Assembly: GCF_016433145.1 (NCBI RefSeq)
Contig: NC_058135.1
Location: 69,556,800-69,620,799 of the forward strand
Reading direction: 5' to 3'
Length of the DNA: 64,000 bases
Source of the DNA: Gracilinanus agilis
Lineage: Eukaryota
In this document: positions 1-11,430 of the stretch, piece by piece
Layout: each line of letters begins with the position of its first letter
How positions within the stretch are numbered: the stretch's first letter is position 1
Translations under genes and position numbers: made by a program
The notes under the pieces: generated by a model
Database searches by the model: none
Seen by the model: only the letters and a program-made list of their open reading frames with translations
Told to the model about the DNA's origin: nothing

Positions 1-333
1 ACCCACATTCAGAGGAAGGACTGCAGGAGAGGAAACATATAAGAAAAGCAACTGCTTGAACGCATGGGTCGGGGCGGACATGATTGAGGGTGTGGACTCG
101 AAACTACCACACCAATGCAACCACCAACAATTGGGAAATTGGTCTTGATCAAGGACACATGACAAAACCAGTGGAAAAGTGCGTCGGCCATGGGTGGGGG
201 GAGTGCGGGGGGTGAAGGGGAAAATAGGAGCATGAAACATGTAACCATGTTAAAAATGATTATTAATAAATGTTAAAAAAAATAAAAATTAAAATTAAAA
301 AATAAAATAAAAATTAAAAAATTAAAAAAAAAA
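1..333 (+). mobile_element. Young opossum-type L1 3' UTR and patterned A-tail (5' part lies outside the window)
   Basis: Matches the L1 3' UTR seen again at 1940-2190 and 42880-43140. Has a G-rich tract, CATGTAACCATG, AATAAA and an A-rich tail at about 274-333. Retains several CpGs, which suggests a young copy. Confidence 0.9.
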
Positions 334-2240
334 GAAATGTTTATAATTCCAGAAAAATTCTGCTTCCAGCATATCAGTAAGATTTCTATTATAGGATAAA
401 CCCAAAGACCCCAGCCTTTGAGACAAGAGCCCACTGTTTGACAAAAAAACTGCTGGGAAAATTGGAAAACAGTATGGAAGAGATTAGGTCTAGATCAACA
501 TCTCACATCCTACACCAAGATAAATTCACAATGGGTAAACAATTTAAATATAAGGAAGGAAACTATAAGTAAACTAGGTTAACATAGTATAGTACACCTC
601 TCTTTTCTATGGGAAAGAAAAAAAATTAAGACCAAGTAAGAAATAGAGAAAAAGTTTTTGTACAAACAGAACCAATGTATCCAAAATTAGAAATGAAGCA
701 ATAAATTGGGAAAAAATGTTTATAACAAAAATCTCCGACAAAGGTCTAATTTCTCAAATATTTAGGGAGCTAAATCAATTGTACAAAAAAAATCAAGAGA
801 TTCCCTGTAGAGAACACAAAGAGTTAAATCCTCCTTGCCTTGTTCCCCTCCCCTCCAGCATTCTTGAGTAAGGTCAGGCAAGGGGTACAACCTCAGAGAA
901 AAGCAAATTTGAGATAGGGAGGCTGAGGCAATCAAGGTCTTTGCTCCAGGTGTCCATCTGTTTTTTGATAGAAGAAAATAATGAGTTCCCAGAATCCTAA
1001 GAAGATAAGAATTCCCCAAATCCATTTTTGTTATTGTTTAGTTTCTTATGCTAGGTGGGTTTGACTTTCCCACCACAGGTAAAAACTATATCTTAACTAT
1101 TGTAGCTATTGGGTAGTGGTTAGCATATGTATTAAAACATGAAGTGTTGAACTTCAAGGTGTGAGTACTTTCATTACCCATTCACTGTATTCTTACCACC
1201 ATTCCATGCACCCCATGTGGCACTACAACTCCCTATAATTCCCCAATTGATAAATGGGCAAGGTACACAAATAGGCAGTTTTCAGATAAAGAAATCAAAA
1301 CTATCAATAAGCACAAGAAAAAGTGATCTAAACCTCTTATAATTAGAGAAATGCACATCAAAACAACTCTGAGGTACCACCTCATACCTAGAAAATTAGC
1401 TAATATGACAGCAAAGGAAAGTAATAAATGTTGGAGAAAATGTGGCAAAATTGAGATATTAATCCACTGCTGGTGGAATTATGAATTAATCCAACCATTC
1501 TGGAAGGCAATTTGGAATTATGCCCAAAGGGCTTTAAATGACTGCCTACCCTTTGATCCAGCAATACCACTGCTGGGTTTGTACCCCAAAGAGATAAGGA
1601 AAAATATATGTACAAAAATATTTATAGTCTCTCTCTTTGTGGTGGCAAAAAATTGGAAAATGAGGAGATGTTGTTTGATTGGAGAATGACTGAACAAATT
1701 GTGGTATCTGTTGCTGATGGAATACTATTGTGCTGAAAGAAATAATGAAGTAGGTGAATTCCATGTGAACTGGAACAACCTCCAGGAATTGATGCAGAGT
1801 GAAAAGAGCAGAACCAGAAGAACATTGTACACAGAAACTGATACACTGTGGTGAAATTGAATATAAGGGACTTCTCTACTAATAGCAATGCAGTGATCCA
1901 GGACAATTCTGAGGGACTTATGAGAAAGAACGCTATCCACATCCATAGAAAGAACTGTGGGAGTAGAAACACAGAAGAAAAACATTTCCTTAATCATGTG
2001 GTTTGATGGGGATATGACTGGGGATGTAGACTCTAAATGATTACTCTATTCCAAATATTAATAATGTGGAAATATGTTTTGATCAATGATACATGTAAAA
2101 CCCAGTTGAATTGCTCATTGGCTATGGGAAGGGGGAGGGAAGAAGAGAGGGAAAGAATATGAATCATGTAACCATGGAAAAATATTCTAAGTTAATCAAC
2201 TAATTAATTAATTAATTGATTGATTTCTAGATCCAAAAAA
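334..2240 (+). mobile_element. Older L1 fragment: ORF2 C-terminus and 3' UTR, interrupted by an LTR at 806-1227
   Basis: Decayed ORF2 peptides such as LFDKNCWENWKTVW, KTTLRYHLIP, KCWRKCGK and PFDPAIPLLGLYPKEI (ORF 1351..1689), followed by an L1 3' UTR. Confidence 0.95.
806..1227 (+). mobile_element. Solo ERV LTR inserted in L1 ORF2
   Basis: TG...CA termini (TGTAGAG...CACTACA), flanked by ATTCCC/ACTCCC (TSD-like, 1 mismatch). Internal ATTAAA. L1 sequence resumes after it. Confidence 0.75.
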
Positions 2241-2299
2241 AATTTTTTAAAATACTCAAAATATTTTTTGTCTAGTCAACATTTTAATTTTTAACTAGG

Positions 2300-2700
2300 T
2301 TCCCAGATATTATAGGTTTATCTTCATTTCTAAGAACAGTTTTGACATCATTCTAAATGAAAACGTGAGCTTCATCAATTAAATTATTATGATTTAATTT
2401 TCAGTGCTCCAGTCTTTATCTTGGCTTGCTCATGCCAAGTCCCTCTTTATGCCTTCCTCCATTAGCAATGATAAACATTTTTTAAAAACTTGTATTCTTC
2501 CTTTTCTTCTAATTTCAAGAAATTTATGCCATATTTTATAGAAATCAATAACAACCATTCCAAATGTCAGGTCCCTTTGTTTCCTGAGAAATAAACCTGT
2601 TTTGTAGCACCAATTTGTAAATCCTTGATTTTTTTTACTTTCTATCTCGTTTTCCTTTGTACTTTTTTTCAAATGATCTTCACTTATTGTGGTCTTGAAT
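2300..2700 (-). mobile_element. Very old LINE fragment, probably CR1/L3 RT region
   Basis: Minus-strand peptide IDFYKIWHKFLEIRRKGRIQVFKK loosely resembles the CR1 RT segment IIFEKSW...PIFKK. Confidence 0.35.
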
Positions 2701-3429
2701 GATCCCTAAAATATTTAGTTTTTCTACATTCGAATGTGACATCATCTATAAAGCATTTACCACAGTGCTGGCCATATATTAGGTACTTATTTAATATCTA
2801 TTCTCTTTCCTTCCCCCCATCCACATCAATATCCACTGCAAGATCTGTAATAGTCCCTGAAGTGTGTTCTATTAGAGGTACAAATGACACACTACCACAG
2901 AGTAAGATAAATTCTTAAAAACACAATAAAGGAGCAATGACACATAGGTATGGCCTGAAATCAAATACTCAAATGAAAGGAGAACTAGCTAAATTTGAAG
3001 ACACTGGATCAGTTAGGTTAGGTTTCATTTGGTTAAGATTAAATACTCTCTGTCAGCCTAGTGTCAATAGAAGCAGACAGGCAGAGGCATTTTCCATTAA
3101 AAAATGAAATTATGTCAAAATGATTGCCTGTCTCAAGTAATTTGCATATCACTCTATGAGTATACATGTACTATATACATGATAGATACAAAGTAGGTTT
3201 AAAAGGGTCTGAATTAGCAGCTGTAGAATCAGGTTATCAACTCTTAATTCTTCTTTACTCATACCACATAAATTTATTTTTGTATATGTCTTGGCCACTT
3301 TATTTAGACAATAAGCTCCTTTGGATTTCTAACATATTTCATAATGGATAATAATAATGATGACAACAAAAACAACAATTATTATTAATAAATAATGATG
3401 ATAATCATTAGTCATTTTGTTTTCTTAAA

Positions 3430-3626
3430 AAAATTAAAATCCTTACTTTCCATCTTAGAATCAATATTGTATATTGGTTCTAAGGCAGAAGAGTGATAAG
3501 GAATAGGCAATGAGAGTTAAGGGACTTGTCCAGGATCACCCAGCCAGTAAATGTCTGAAGCTGGTTTTGAAATCAAGTCTTCCTGAGTCCAGGTCAACAC
3601 CCTATCCATTGTGTCACTTAGCTGCC
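3430..3626 (-). mobile_element. SINE1_Mdo-type SINE
   Basis: Reverse complement of the SINE1 tail (CCTTACTTTCCATCTTAGAATCAATA...GGCAGAAGAGTG) and tRNA-derived head ending AGCTGCC. Confidence 0.85.
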
Positions 3627-3684
3627 TATAAAATTACTAAGCCAGTTTTGAATGAAAGTTTTCCAATGGAAGAAAAAAGAAAAT

Positions 3685-3945
3685 AAGCATTTTATTAAAT
3701 TGCCTACTGTGTACTGGGCACAATATTAGATGCTTCACAAAAAATATTTATTGATTTGATAAATTATGTCATTTTATCCATACAACCATTCCATGAGGAA
3801 ATGTTATAGGAATTATCATCATATACAGATGAGGAGATATAGGTTTAAAAAGATTAAATCTTTTTTTCCACATTCATACAGTCAGTGTCTGAAATGGGTT
3901 TGAAGTAAACTAAAGTCCAGTACTCTACTTAATATACCAAGTGTC
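3685..3945 (-). mobile_element. MIR/CORE-SINE
   Basis: Degenerate CORE (ATACAGATGAGGAG) and MIR 3' segment. Confidence 0.6.
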
Positions 3946-4599
3946 TCTTCTCTATGCCAAATCACCTGAAAAATTATATCTAGAAAAATTGACACTTAAG
4001 GTGTTGCATGCAGTACCTAACAGAATAGATTCAAGATGAAAGGAAGAAAGGGAGGAAAGAATGAGGAAAGGAAGCAAGGAAAAAGAGGAGGAAGGGAAGA
4101 ATTGAGTGAACAAAGGTTACTAAGTATTATGCACTATGCTAAGTGTTAAGGATTCAAATGGGAAATTGGAGGGTGGGGGGAGACAGTCTCTTCTTCCAAG
4201 AAATTAACACTCTAATTCTAAGGTAGAATATTAAAAATAGTTTATATGCCAAGTGGATAGAAAAATTCTGGAATTTTAAGGGTAAGAAGCACAATATGTT
4301 GAAAAGCTCAAGTGATCCTTAGGTTGTAAGAATAGTTTCTGGTTTCTATACTATAAAATAAGGCAAGCCATACTTTCTGGTGGTCTTCTATTTCATTAAA
4401 AATAAAGTCGGTGATGCCAAACTCATCCATATAATTTGAGCAGTAAAGCAGCCTGGATAGGTTGTGATTAGTCTCCAGGGAGAAGGCAAAAAGAACAGAA
4501 GTAGAAGAGGAATCCCCCATGGAACCTGAATACAAGTATTCCTTCATGAGACCATCCAAGATACATTCTGTAAATTGTAAGATTTATTTTTTCCCAAGC

Positions 4600-4860
4600 A
4601 TTATTACTTTCCAATTTGTGTTTGTGAAATTGACTTTCTGAACCAAAGATACAATCTTTTTATCTTATTAAATTTCATCTAATTAGATTCAGCCCAAAGT
4701 TTTGGTCTATCAAGATCATTCTGGATTTTTACTATCTGATGTTTTAGTACTTCTCTCCCAGCTTTGTGTCATCTGAAAATGCGATAATCATGCCATTTTT
4801 TTCACTTCTGTATAAACTGATAAAAATGTTAACTAGCACTTGGCCAACTTCTACCCTCAA
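4600..4860 (-). mobile_element. CR1/L3 LINE RT fragment
   Basis: Minus strand reads GMIIAFSDDTKLG, matching the CR1 motif GMLIKFADDTKLG. Confidence 0.75.
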
Positions 4861-4939
4861 ATTGACCTATACCAAGTAAGTTTATACTTTTCCCCAAATG
4901 CTTGAGATTAACTATTATGTCCCCTGTATAGTTTCCTCT

Positions 4940-5120
4940 CATTCAATCCAAAAACATTTTAAGCATCATTTATTGAATAAAATGGGTATTTGTATCTGGA
5001 AATACAAATACAAAAGTGAGAGATTCTTTATCTTTGCCAAAATTATGATAGGTAAATAACATATATTCCAAGAGAAATAAATATGAGATCTATACAAAAT
5101 GAACACAAAATAATTTTTTG

Positions 5121-5168
<48 letters not shown>

Positions 5169-5760
5169 TGGGGGATAGTAGAGGCGGGTCTTAGAAAAGG
5201 TATCTTGAGAGAGCATTTGAACTACTTCTTCAGGGAAATGAGTTACAAGCTACAGATGTGAGGAAGGAGAGTCTTCCAGAGTTCCTATCGAGTGAACATG
5301 GAATTTAATCTGTGCAAATGAATGAAGGATAGGGATAGAATGTGCATGAGGAAGAGTAAATAAGTTGGTTTAATAAAACATAGAGTCCATGAAAAAGAGT
5401 AATGAAGCATCAACCTGAGAAAAGGCTAGAGATGGATTGTAAAGGGTTTAAATTCTAAACAAAGGAAGATCTACCTATCTATCTGTCTATCTAGCTATCT
5501 TTCTACACACATATGTATATATGTATATATGTGGGTGTGTGAATAATTTCTGAGAGGCAATAGAGACATTGATGCTTCTTGAGCAGAAGAATAGCATAGC
5601 CAGATGCACACTTTAAGGACATTAGTTTAGCAGATGTATGAGATATAGATATGAAGGGAGGAGATCAAGTAAGAGGTGATGAGAGTGTGAATTCAGATGA
5701 TTATGTTTGCATAAAGAGAAGTAAATGAAAGCAAGAGATTTTTATAGATGTCCTCTTCAG
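4940..5760 (-). mobile_element. L2 LINE 3' region (degenerate)
   Basis: Purine-rich segments typical of antisense L2, starting with a TTCAATCC...AAACATTT-type tail. Confidence 0.55.
5123..5166. repeat. (GT)22 microsatellite
   Basis: Direct reading of the sequence. Confidence 0.98.
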
Positions 5761-6254
5761 TGAGTTGGATTGGATAATCTCTAATATATCATTTAGGATT
5801 CTATTAATGAACACTTTTAAAGACTTATGAAATGTCTCAGAACATGAGATTTACAGTTTTAACTCAAGTAAAGGGCAATATTTTTGATTTTGCAGCAGCA
5901 ACTTTATCACCTAGGGTATAGGGTAGAAGAATGGCACTTCTATAAATGAATATCCTTCTGAAATATGAAAGTGATAATTATGGCAATGGACTGGAATTTT
6001 ATCCTTATTCTGCTTTACGGAATAGTGTTTGTTTCCTAATAATGCTTCCTTTGGCCTTCATGGAAATAATTCAATGTTAAAGAAAAAAATGGCATGAATG
6101 AAAATAGGTAAAATGATACCTCTAAAACATTCTATTTCCCCTCAATTTCTAAAATGCTGGCCCTATTTTACATAAACATCCCTGGAACTGTTAACAAAAA
6201 TACTTATACTGGTTACTTGTGTTTTTAAAAAAAGACTAGAGCTAAGAACATTCA

Positions 6255-6600
6255 TTTTTTTAAAAAATTATTAATTAATTTGTTCATTACGTTAAAATTC
6301 CCAAGTATCTTCTACTCTCATACCCCTTCCCTATACTAGAAAAAGCATAATTTAATAAAAAGATATATACATGTATAAGTATTTGTATGTATAACATATA
6401 CATGTATGTGTGTATATATGTATATATATATATATATAAACTATGTCTTTCTTTGTTTCTATTATATCAGTTCTTTCTCTGGAAGTAGACATATACATGT
6501 TATTCTTCAAACTATTTCTGTTGCTGTTTATAATGTTTTTTAGTTCTGCTCATTTTGCTTTCATTCATTTTTGGAATCATAAGATGTATCATTCCCTATG
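6255..6600 (-). mobile_element. Old marsupial L1 3' UTR fragment with internal (TA)-rich tract
   Basis: ATCAGTTCTTTCTCTGGAAGTAGA...TATAATGTT...GTTCTGCTCATTTTGC matches antisense L1 3' ends elsewhere in the window. Confidence 0.7.
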
Positions 6601-6694
6601 TCAGAGAATGTTAGAAAATCTATATTCTTAGGTGCCTTTCGGAAGAATCCTTGACAACAAATAGCTCTGTCACAGGCCAATCAGAACTCTGTAG

Positions 6695-6870
6695 AGAAGG
6701 AGTTCTTAACCTTTTTTGTCTGATGAAGTCCTTCAACTCCTCAGAATGATGCTTTTAAATATAAAAATAAAACACATATGGTTAAAGAGGAAACCAATTA
6801 TGTTGAACTACAGTTAAAAATATTTAAAAGAAGAAAACTTCATACCCCCCAACTTAAGATCCCTTAATCC
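6695..6870 (+). mobile_element. Non-autonomous hAT (Charlie-type) DNA transposon fragment
   Basis: GGAGTTCTTAACCT start and AAAG(A)GGAAACCAATT core shared with copies at 31062-31343 and 50585-50700. Confidence 0.65.
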
Positions 6871-6999
6871 AAAGTCATGTCTAGACCTCAACTAGGACAC
6901 ATTTCTGGAGAACTAGTCATCCTTCTAGCATTAACAATGTATTTTCAAAACCTCCATAAAAAATCATTGTTCTTTTGGTTTAAATGAACTTTAGACATC

Positions 7000-7160
7000 A
7001 TTGGATCATATAATTTAGAGCTAAAATCATACCCTAGACGTCTTTCAACATCTTAATTTTTCATATGAAAACACGGTTTCCCAGATGGGTTCTGTGATTT
7101 GTCCAAGGCCATGTAACTAGTTAGTGGCAGAGTTGAGAGTAGATTCCGAGCCCATTGTAA
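7000..7160 (-). mobile_element. MIR-type SINE
   Basis: GATCATATAATTTAGAGCT...GTGATTTGTCCAAGGCC antisense MIR pattern. Confidence 0.6.
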
Positions 7161-8229
7161 TTATCTTTATACTGTGTTGGCTCTGAAGGCAAAAGCAATA
7201 TTCCTATTGAGGCCCTTTTCCAAAATGACGACATCTATTACTTTCAGTTAGTTTAGACATGGGGCTGGGAGAGTACTCGTGGAAGGCTGGAAAGGATGCA
7301 AGTCTTCTCTCTGTGCAAAGGAGGGCACATAGTTAGTATGCAAAGAGAAGAATGATCCCTTTGGGAAACTGTTGCACATCGAATCCAATTATATTCTTTC
7401 ACAGTTAGAAATCCTTAGAAAAACTAAAGCAGAGAGTATGATTTTCATATTTATTGCCTTTGTGCCAAAAGATAATTGTGTTCACTGGACCAAAAATGCT
7501 TGAAGTCAAGTTTACCAGTTTCTTGGTATCAGAAGCCAGGGATGCAGAAGGGCTGTCTGGTGGAGGCAAACAAAGCCGATAAGTCCCTTTGATAAGAGAA
7601 GTGGAGAATCATGCCAGCATCTTTGAAGGCATGAGGGCAGGGGTCCAGAAGATAACTTGAGTGCTGGGGTTTGGTGGGATGTGAAGTGTGACCTGAGCAG
7701 CAATGATTGGTTAGTTAGTGGATTTCACCAGTGGAACTTAGTAAGTTCCTTGAAGGCAGAGAATGCCTTACTTTTATCTTTTTATCCCTCATGCTTCATG
7801 CAGTGTTTTCATATAATAAATACTTATGGACTGATTGGATATTGTAAAGGAATGGATTGCAAATATCTATAGAAACTTTGATGACCTATAATCTACTACT
7901 CTTGTGCCTCAGTTGTGGTACGTGCTTGTGTGTATATTTATGTGTATGTGTTGTAGGGAGGCAACAAAGGAAGGTTCAACACTTTAATTCCATGATTCAT
8001 ATTGATAAAGAAGTTACATACAATATTTATAAATATATAGAATAATGTCAAATGTATTTTCCTGTTTCTTATCTGAATTGGGGCAATTGAACTTGCTGTT
8101 TCCTAGTGGATAACAAACTACATTGGTGGATACTGGAAACTCTCTTAAGATTGCACACCCTCAGTGCTAACTGGTAACGGCAGCACTAAAAAGTTGGAGT
8201 TTGTAACAGAGCCTCCCCAATACCAGGTG

Positions 8230-10745
8230 AGTGGACCCCAACTTTACTATAAAACATAAAGTGAAAAAATAGGCAGGAAAATTCAGCAGGCCACAACAAC
8301 AAAAGAATTTTGCCACAAAATGTTACTACTGTGCCAAAGAAGACCAATGCAAAAGCTGAGAAGATAATAGCAATGTAAAACCAGCTACAAGCAAAGCCTC
8401 AAAAAAAATTGGAACCATACCCAAAAAGAAATACTAAAAGTGTTAATAAATAAAGATTAGAATGGTAGAGGAAAAATGGGAAGAGAAATGAAAGTGTTGT
8501 AAGAAAATTATGAAAAAAAGAATAAAGAGCTCAAGAAGAGTCACAGAAATACTGAAGAATAATCCCTTCAAAAACCAAATTGGACAAATGGTAAAAAAGA
8601 GGCACAAAAATGGAAGAAAATCCTTAAGTAGCAGAATTGGACAAATAAGTAGAAATAACCACTGAATAAAATAATTACTTAAAAATTAATATTGGGGGGG
8701 GCAGCTGGGTAGCTCAGTAGAGTGAGAGTCAGGCCTAGAGACAGGAGGTCCTAGGTTCAAACCCGGCCTCAGCCACTTCCCAGCTGTGTGACCCTGGGCA
8801 AGTCACTTGACCCCCATTGCCCACCCTTACCAATCTTCCACCTATGAGACAATACACCGAAGTACAAGGGTTAAAAAAAATTAATATTGGACTAATGGAA
8901 GTGAAAGATTCCACAAGGTATCACAAAACAATAAAATCAAGTCAAAAGAATGAGGAAATATAGAAGAAAATGTGAAATATTTAATTGGAAAAACAACTGA
9001 ACTAAAAATATATTGAAATGAGATAGCAAGAATTATTAGAATTCCTGAAAGTCATTAGTGAAGAAAGAGTCTAGATATGATATTTCAAGAAATTATCAAG
9101 GAAAAAGGCCCTCATGTCTTATTTCCAGAAGGTAAAGTAGAAATTGAAGAAATCTATCAAATACATTCTGAAAAAGATGCCAAAATTAAAACTACCAGGA
9201 AGTTTATGCCAAATCTCAAAGCTCCTATGTCAAGGAGAAATTATTTTTTCCAGGCAAAAAGAAACAATGCAAATATTACAGTCAGAATCACAAAAGATTT
9301 AATGGCTTCCATGTTAAAGGAATGAAGGGTTTAGAATAAGATATTTCAGAAGGCAAAGGAGGTAAGATAGTAACCAAGGATCATTTACCTAGAAAAAACA
9401 GGGTCTAATCTTTCAGAGAAAATGGATATTAGATGAAAATGAGGACTTACAAGCATTCCTCATGAAAATATCAGAGCTGAGTAGAAAATCTGACATTTAA
9501 ATAGAAGATTCAAGAGAAATATAAAAAGATAAACATGATAGATTAATCATAAGGAATTTAATTGAGTTACTCAAAAAGTTTACATCAAGTTTCTTTAATA
9601 AAAGTCTAATTTTTTAAATATATACTAATTATAAAAACTGGTAAAATTTATAAAAAATAAGAACCATTTAGCAATTAATAATTGGTTAAAGAATCTAAAC
9701 AGGCATTTTTCAGAAGAAATCAAATTTCTATAGTCATACAAAAATGTTCTAAATCACTATTTATTAGAGAAATGTAAATTAAAACAATTCTATGATACAA
9801 CCTCAGACATATCAGAAATTATAAAAACTAAAGGGAATGAGGAAAACAGGTAGTCAAATAATGAATTGGCTTAGCCATTCTGGAGAATAATTTGGAACTA
9901 TGCCCAAAGGCTATGAAACTGGGCCAAGTTTTCTCTCATAAAGGATTCACTACATATACACATATATTCACATATATATATATGTATGTATATATGTATG
10001 CACACACCTTCACTTCATTATAAAAATCTATCAGAAATGACAAATGCTGGAGAGGATGAAAGAAATTAGGTACAATAATGACTTGGAATAGAATTGGTCC
10101 AAAAATTTTGGACAATCTGGAATTCCACACAAAGGGATTTTAATTCTGAATTCCTTTTTTTGACGAGTGATACCACTATTAGGTCTGTATCCCAAAGAAA
10201 TCAAAGAAAAGAGAAAGGATAATATCTACAAAACTACAGCACCTCTTTTTGTGCTGGCAACGATTTGGAAATAGATGGGATGCTATCCATTGAGGAATGG
10301 TTGAACAAATTATGGCTTTTGATCTTGATAGAACACTACCAGGCTACCAAAATTTATTAGGGCTATGTTTTCAGAATAAAGCATGGCAAGACCTATATGA
10401 ACTAATGTCGGGTGAAAACAGAAGAACTGGGAGATCATTGTACGCAGTGACAGCAATGCTGTCATGATGATCAAATATAAAAGACTTGACTCCTCTTATC
10501 AATAGTGATCTCATGATGAAAAAAAGTACTATGCACCTCCAGAGAGAGAACTGATGAACACTTGAGTGCAAATTAAAGCATAATTTTCTCACTTCCTTTA
10601 TTTATCTTGCTTTTTTTGGCAACATGGTTAATATGGAAATATGTTTTGCATGATTTCACATGTATAGTTAATATCATGTGGTTTGCCTTCTCAATGGGTA
10701 GAGGAGGTGTGAAAGTGAGAGAAACTGGATCTTGAATGTAAAAAT
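8230..10745 (+). mobile_element. L1-derived element: decayed ORF1 joined almost directly to the ORF2 C-terminus and 3' UTR (HAL1-like or internally deleted L1)
   Basis: ORF1 peptide IFQEIIKEKGPHVLFPEGKVEIEEI (ORF 9077..9325). ORF1 ends near 9560 and ORF2 C-terminal motifs start near 9580; no endonuclease or RT sequence lies between. L1 3' UTR runs to about 10745. Confidence 0.85.
8696..8875 (+). mobile_element. Young SINE1_Mdo-type SINE inserted in L1 ORF1
   Basis: GGGGCAGCTGGGTAGCTCAGT head, GGTTCAAACC B-box, CpGs retained. Perfect 15-bp TSD AAAAATTAATATTGG at 8681-8695 and 8876-8890. Confidence 0.97.
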
Positions 10746-11139
10746 TAATTATTTAAAATGTTTTTAAAGTAGAAATTTTAAAAATATGTCATGGTGGAAA
10801 AAAGTAAATTCTGTCAATTCTTCCTTGTCTTAATTTATAAAACACATGGATAGGATTAATTAATCTTCAAGGTCATTTTGATCCTAACAATCTATGACAC
10901 AGGCTGAACAAGTTTATAAAGATACATTCCTTTATTCTTAGCCAAGACTAGACTGGGATACAAAGAATGCCCTGATGATTCATGAGTCTCCAGGAGAAAT
11001 TTAGAATTGAAACCAATTTTGAATAGCATCTTCAAGAAGTAAAACAAAATTCATTATCACTGACATAAGAACTCTCAAAAAGACCTATGCCAGAATACAA
11101 GATATATTAGTGATGAGATAAGCATAATTACTACTTTTA

Positions 11140-11338
11140 ATTTTTTTTTACATCCTTAACTCCTGTTTTAGAATCAATATTTGTACTGGTTCCAAAGCAG
11201 AAGAAGAATAAAGGCTAGGCAATGGGGGTAAAGTGATGTGCCCAAGGCCAATCAGCTAGGAAATATCAGAGACCAGATTGACACCCAGGAGCTCCCACCT
11301 CTAGGACTGGCTCTCAATCCACTGACCCTGCTAGCTGC
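11140..11338 (-). mobile_element. SINE1_Mdo-type SINE
   Basis: Antisense tail TTAGAATCAATA...GCTAGGCAATGGGG and head CTCTCAATCCACTGA...AGCTGC. Confidence 0.85.
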
Positions 11339-11344
11339 ACTAAT

Positions 11345-11430
11345 AGGCAGAATTATTAATGAATACAAAGATGAAATAAGCACATTATCAAAAATGACTG
11401 ATATGAAATTTGGAATGCATTGGATGTTTC
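11345..11430 (+). mobile_element. CR1/L3 RT remnant
   Basis: IINEYKDEISTLSKMTDMKFG resembles FINDLDEGIEGMLIKFADDTKLG. Confidence 0.45.

Noticed and set aside
1351-1689. One of the longer ORFs in the track (112 aa)
   Set aside because: It is a decayed L1 ORF2 C-terminus, not a host gene.
8107-8226. Plus-strand exon-like segment with CAG|GTGAGT donor
   Set aside because: All three frames contain stops, and it abuts or forms part of the L1 5' region.
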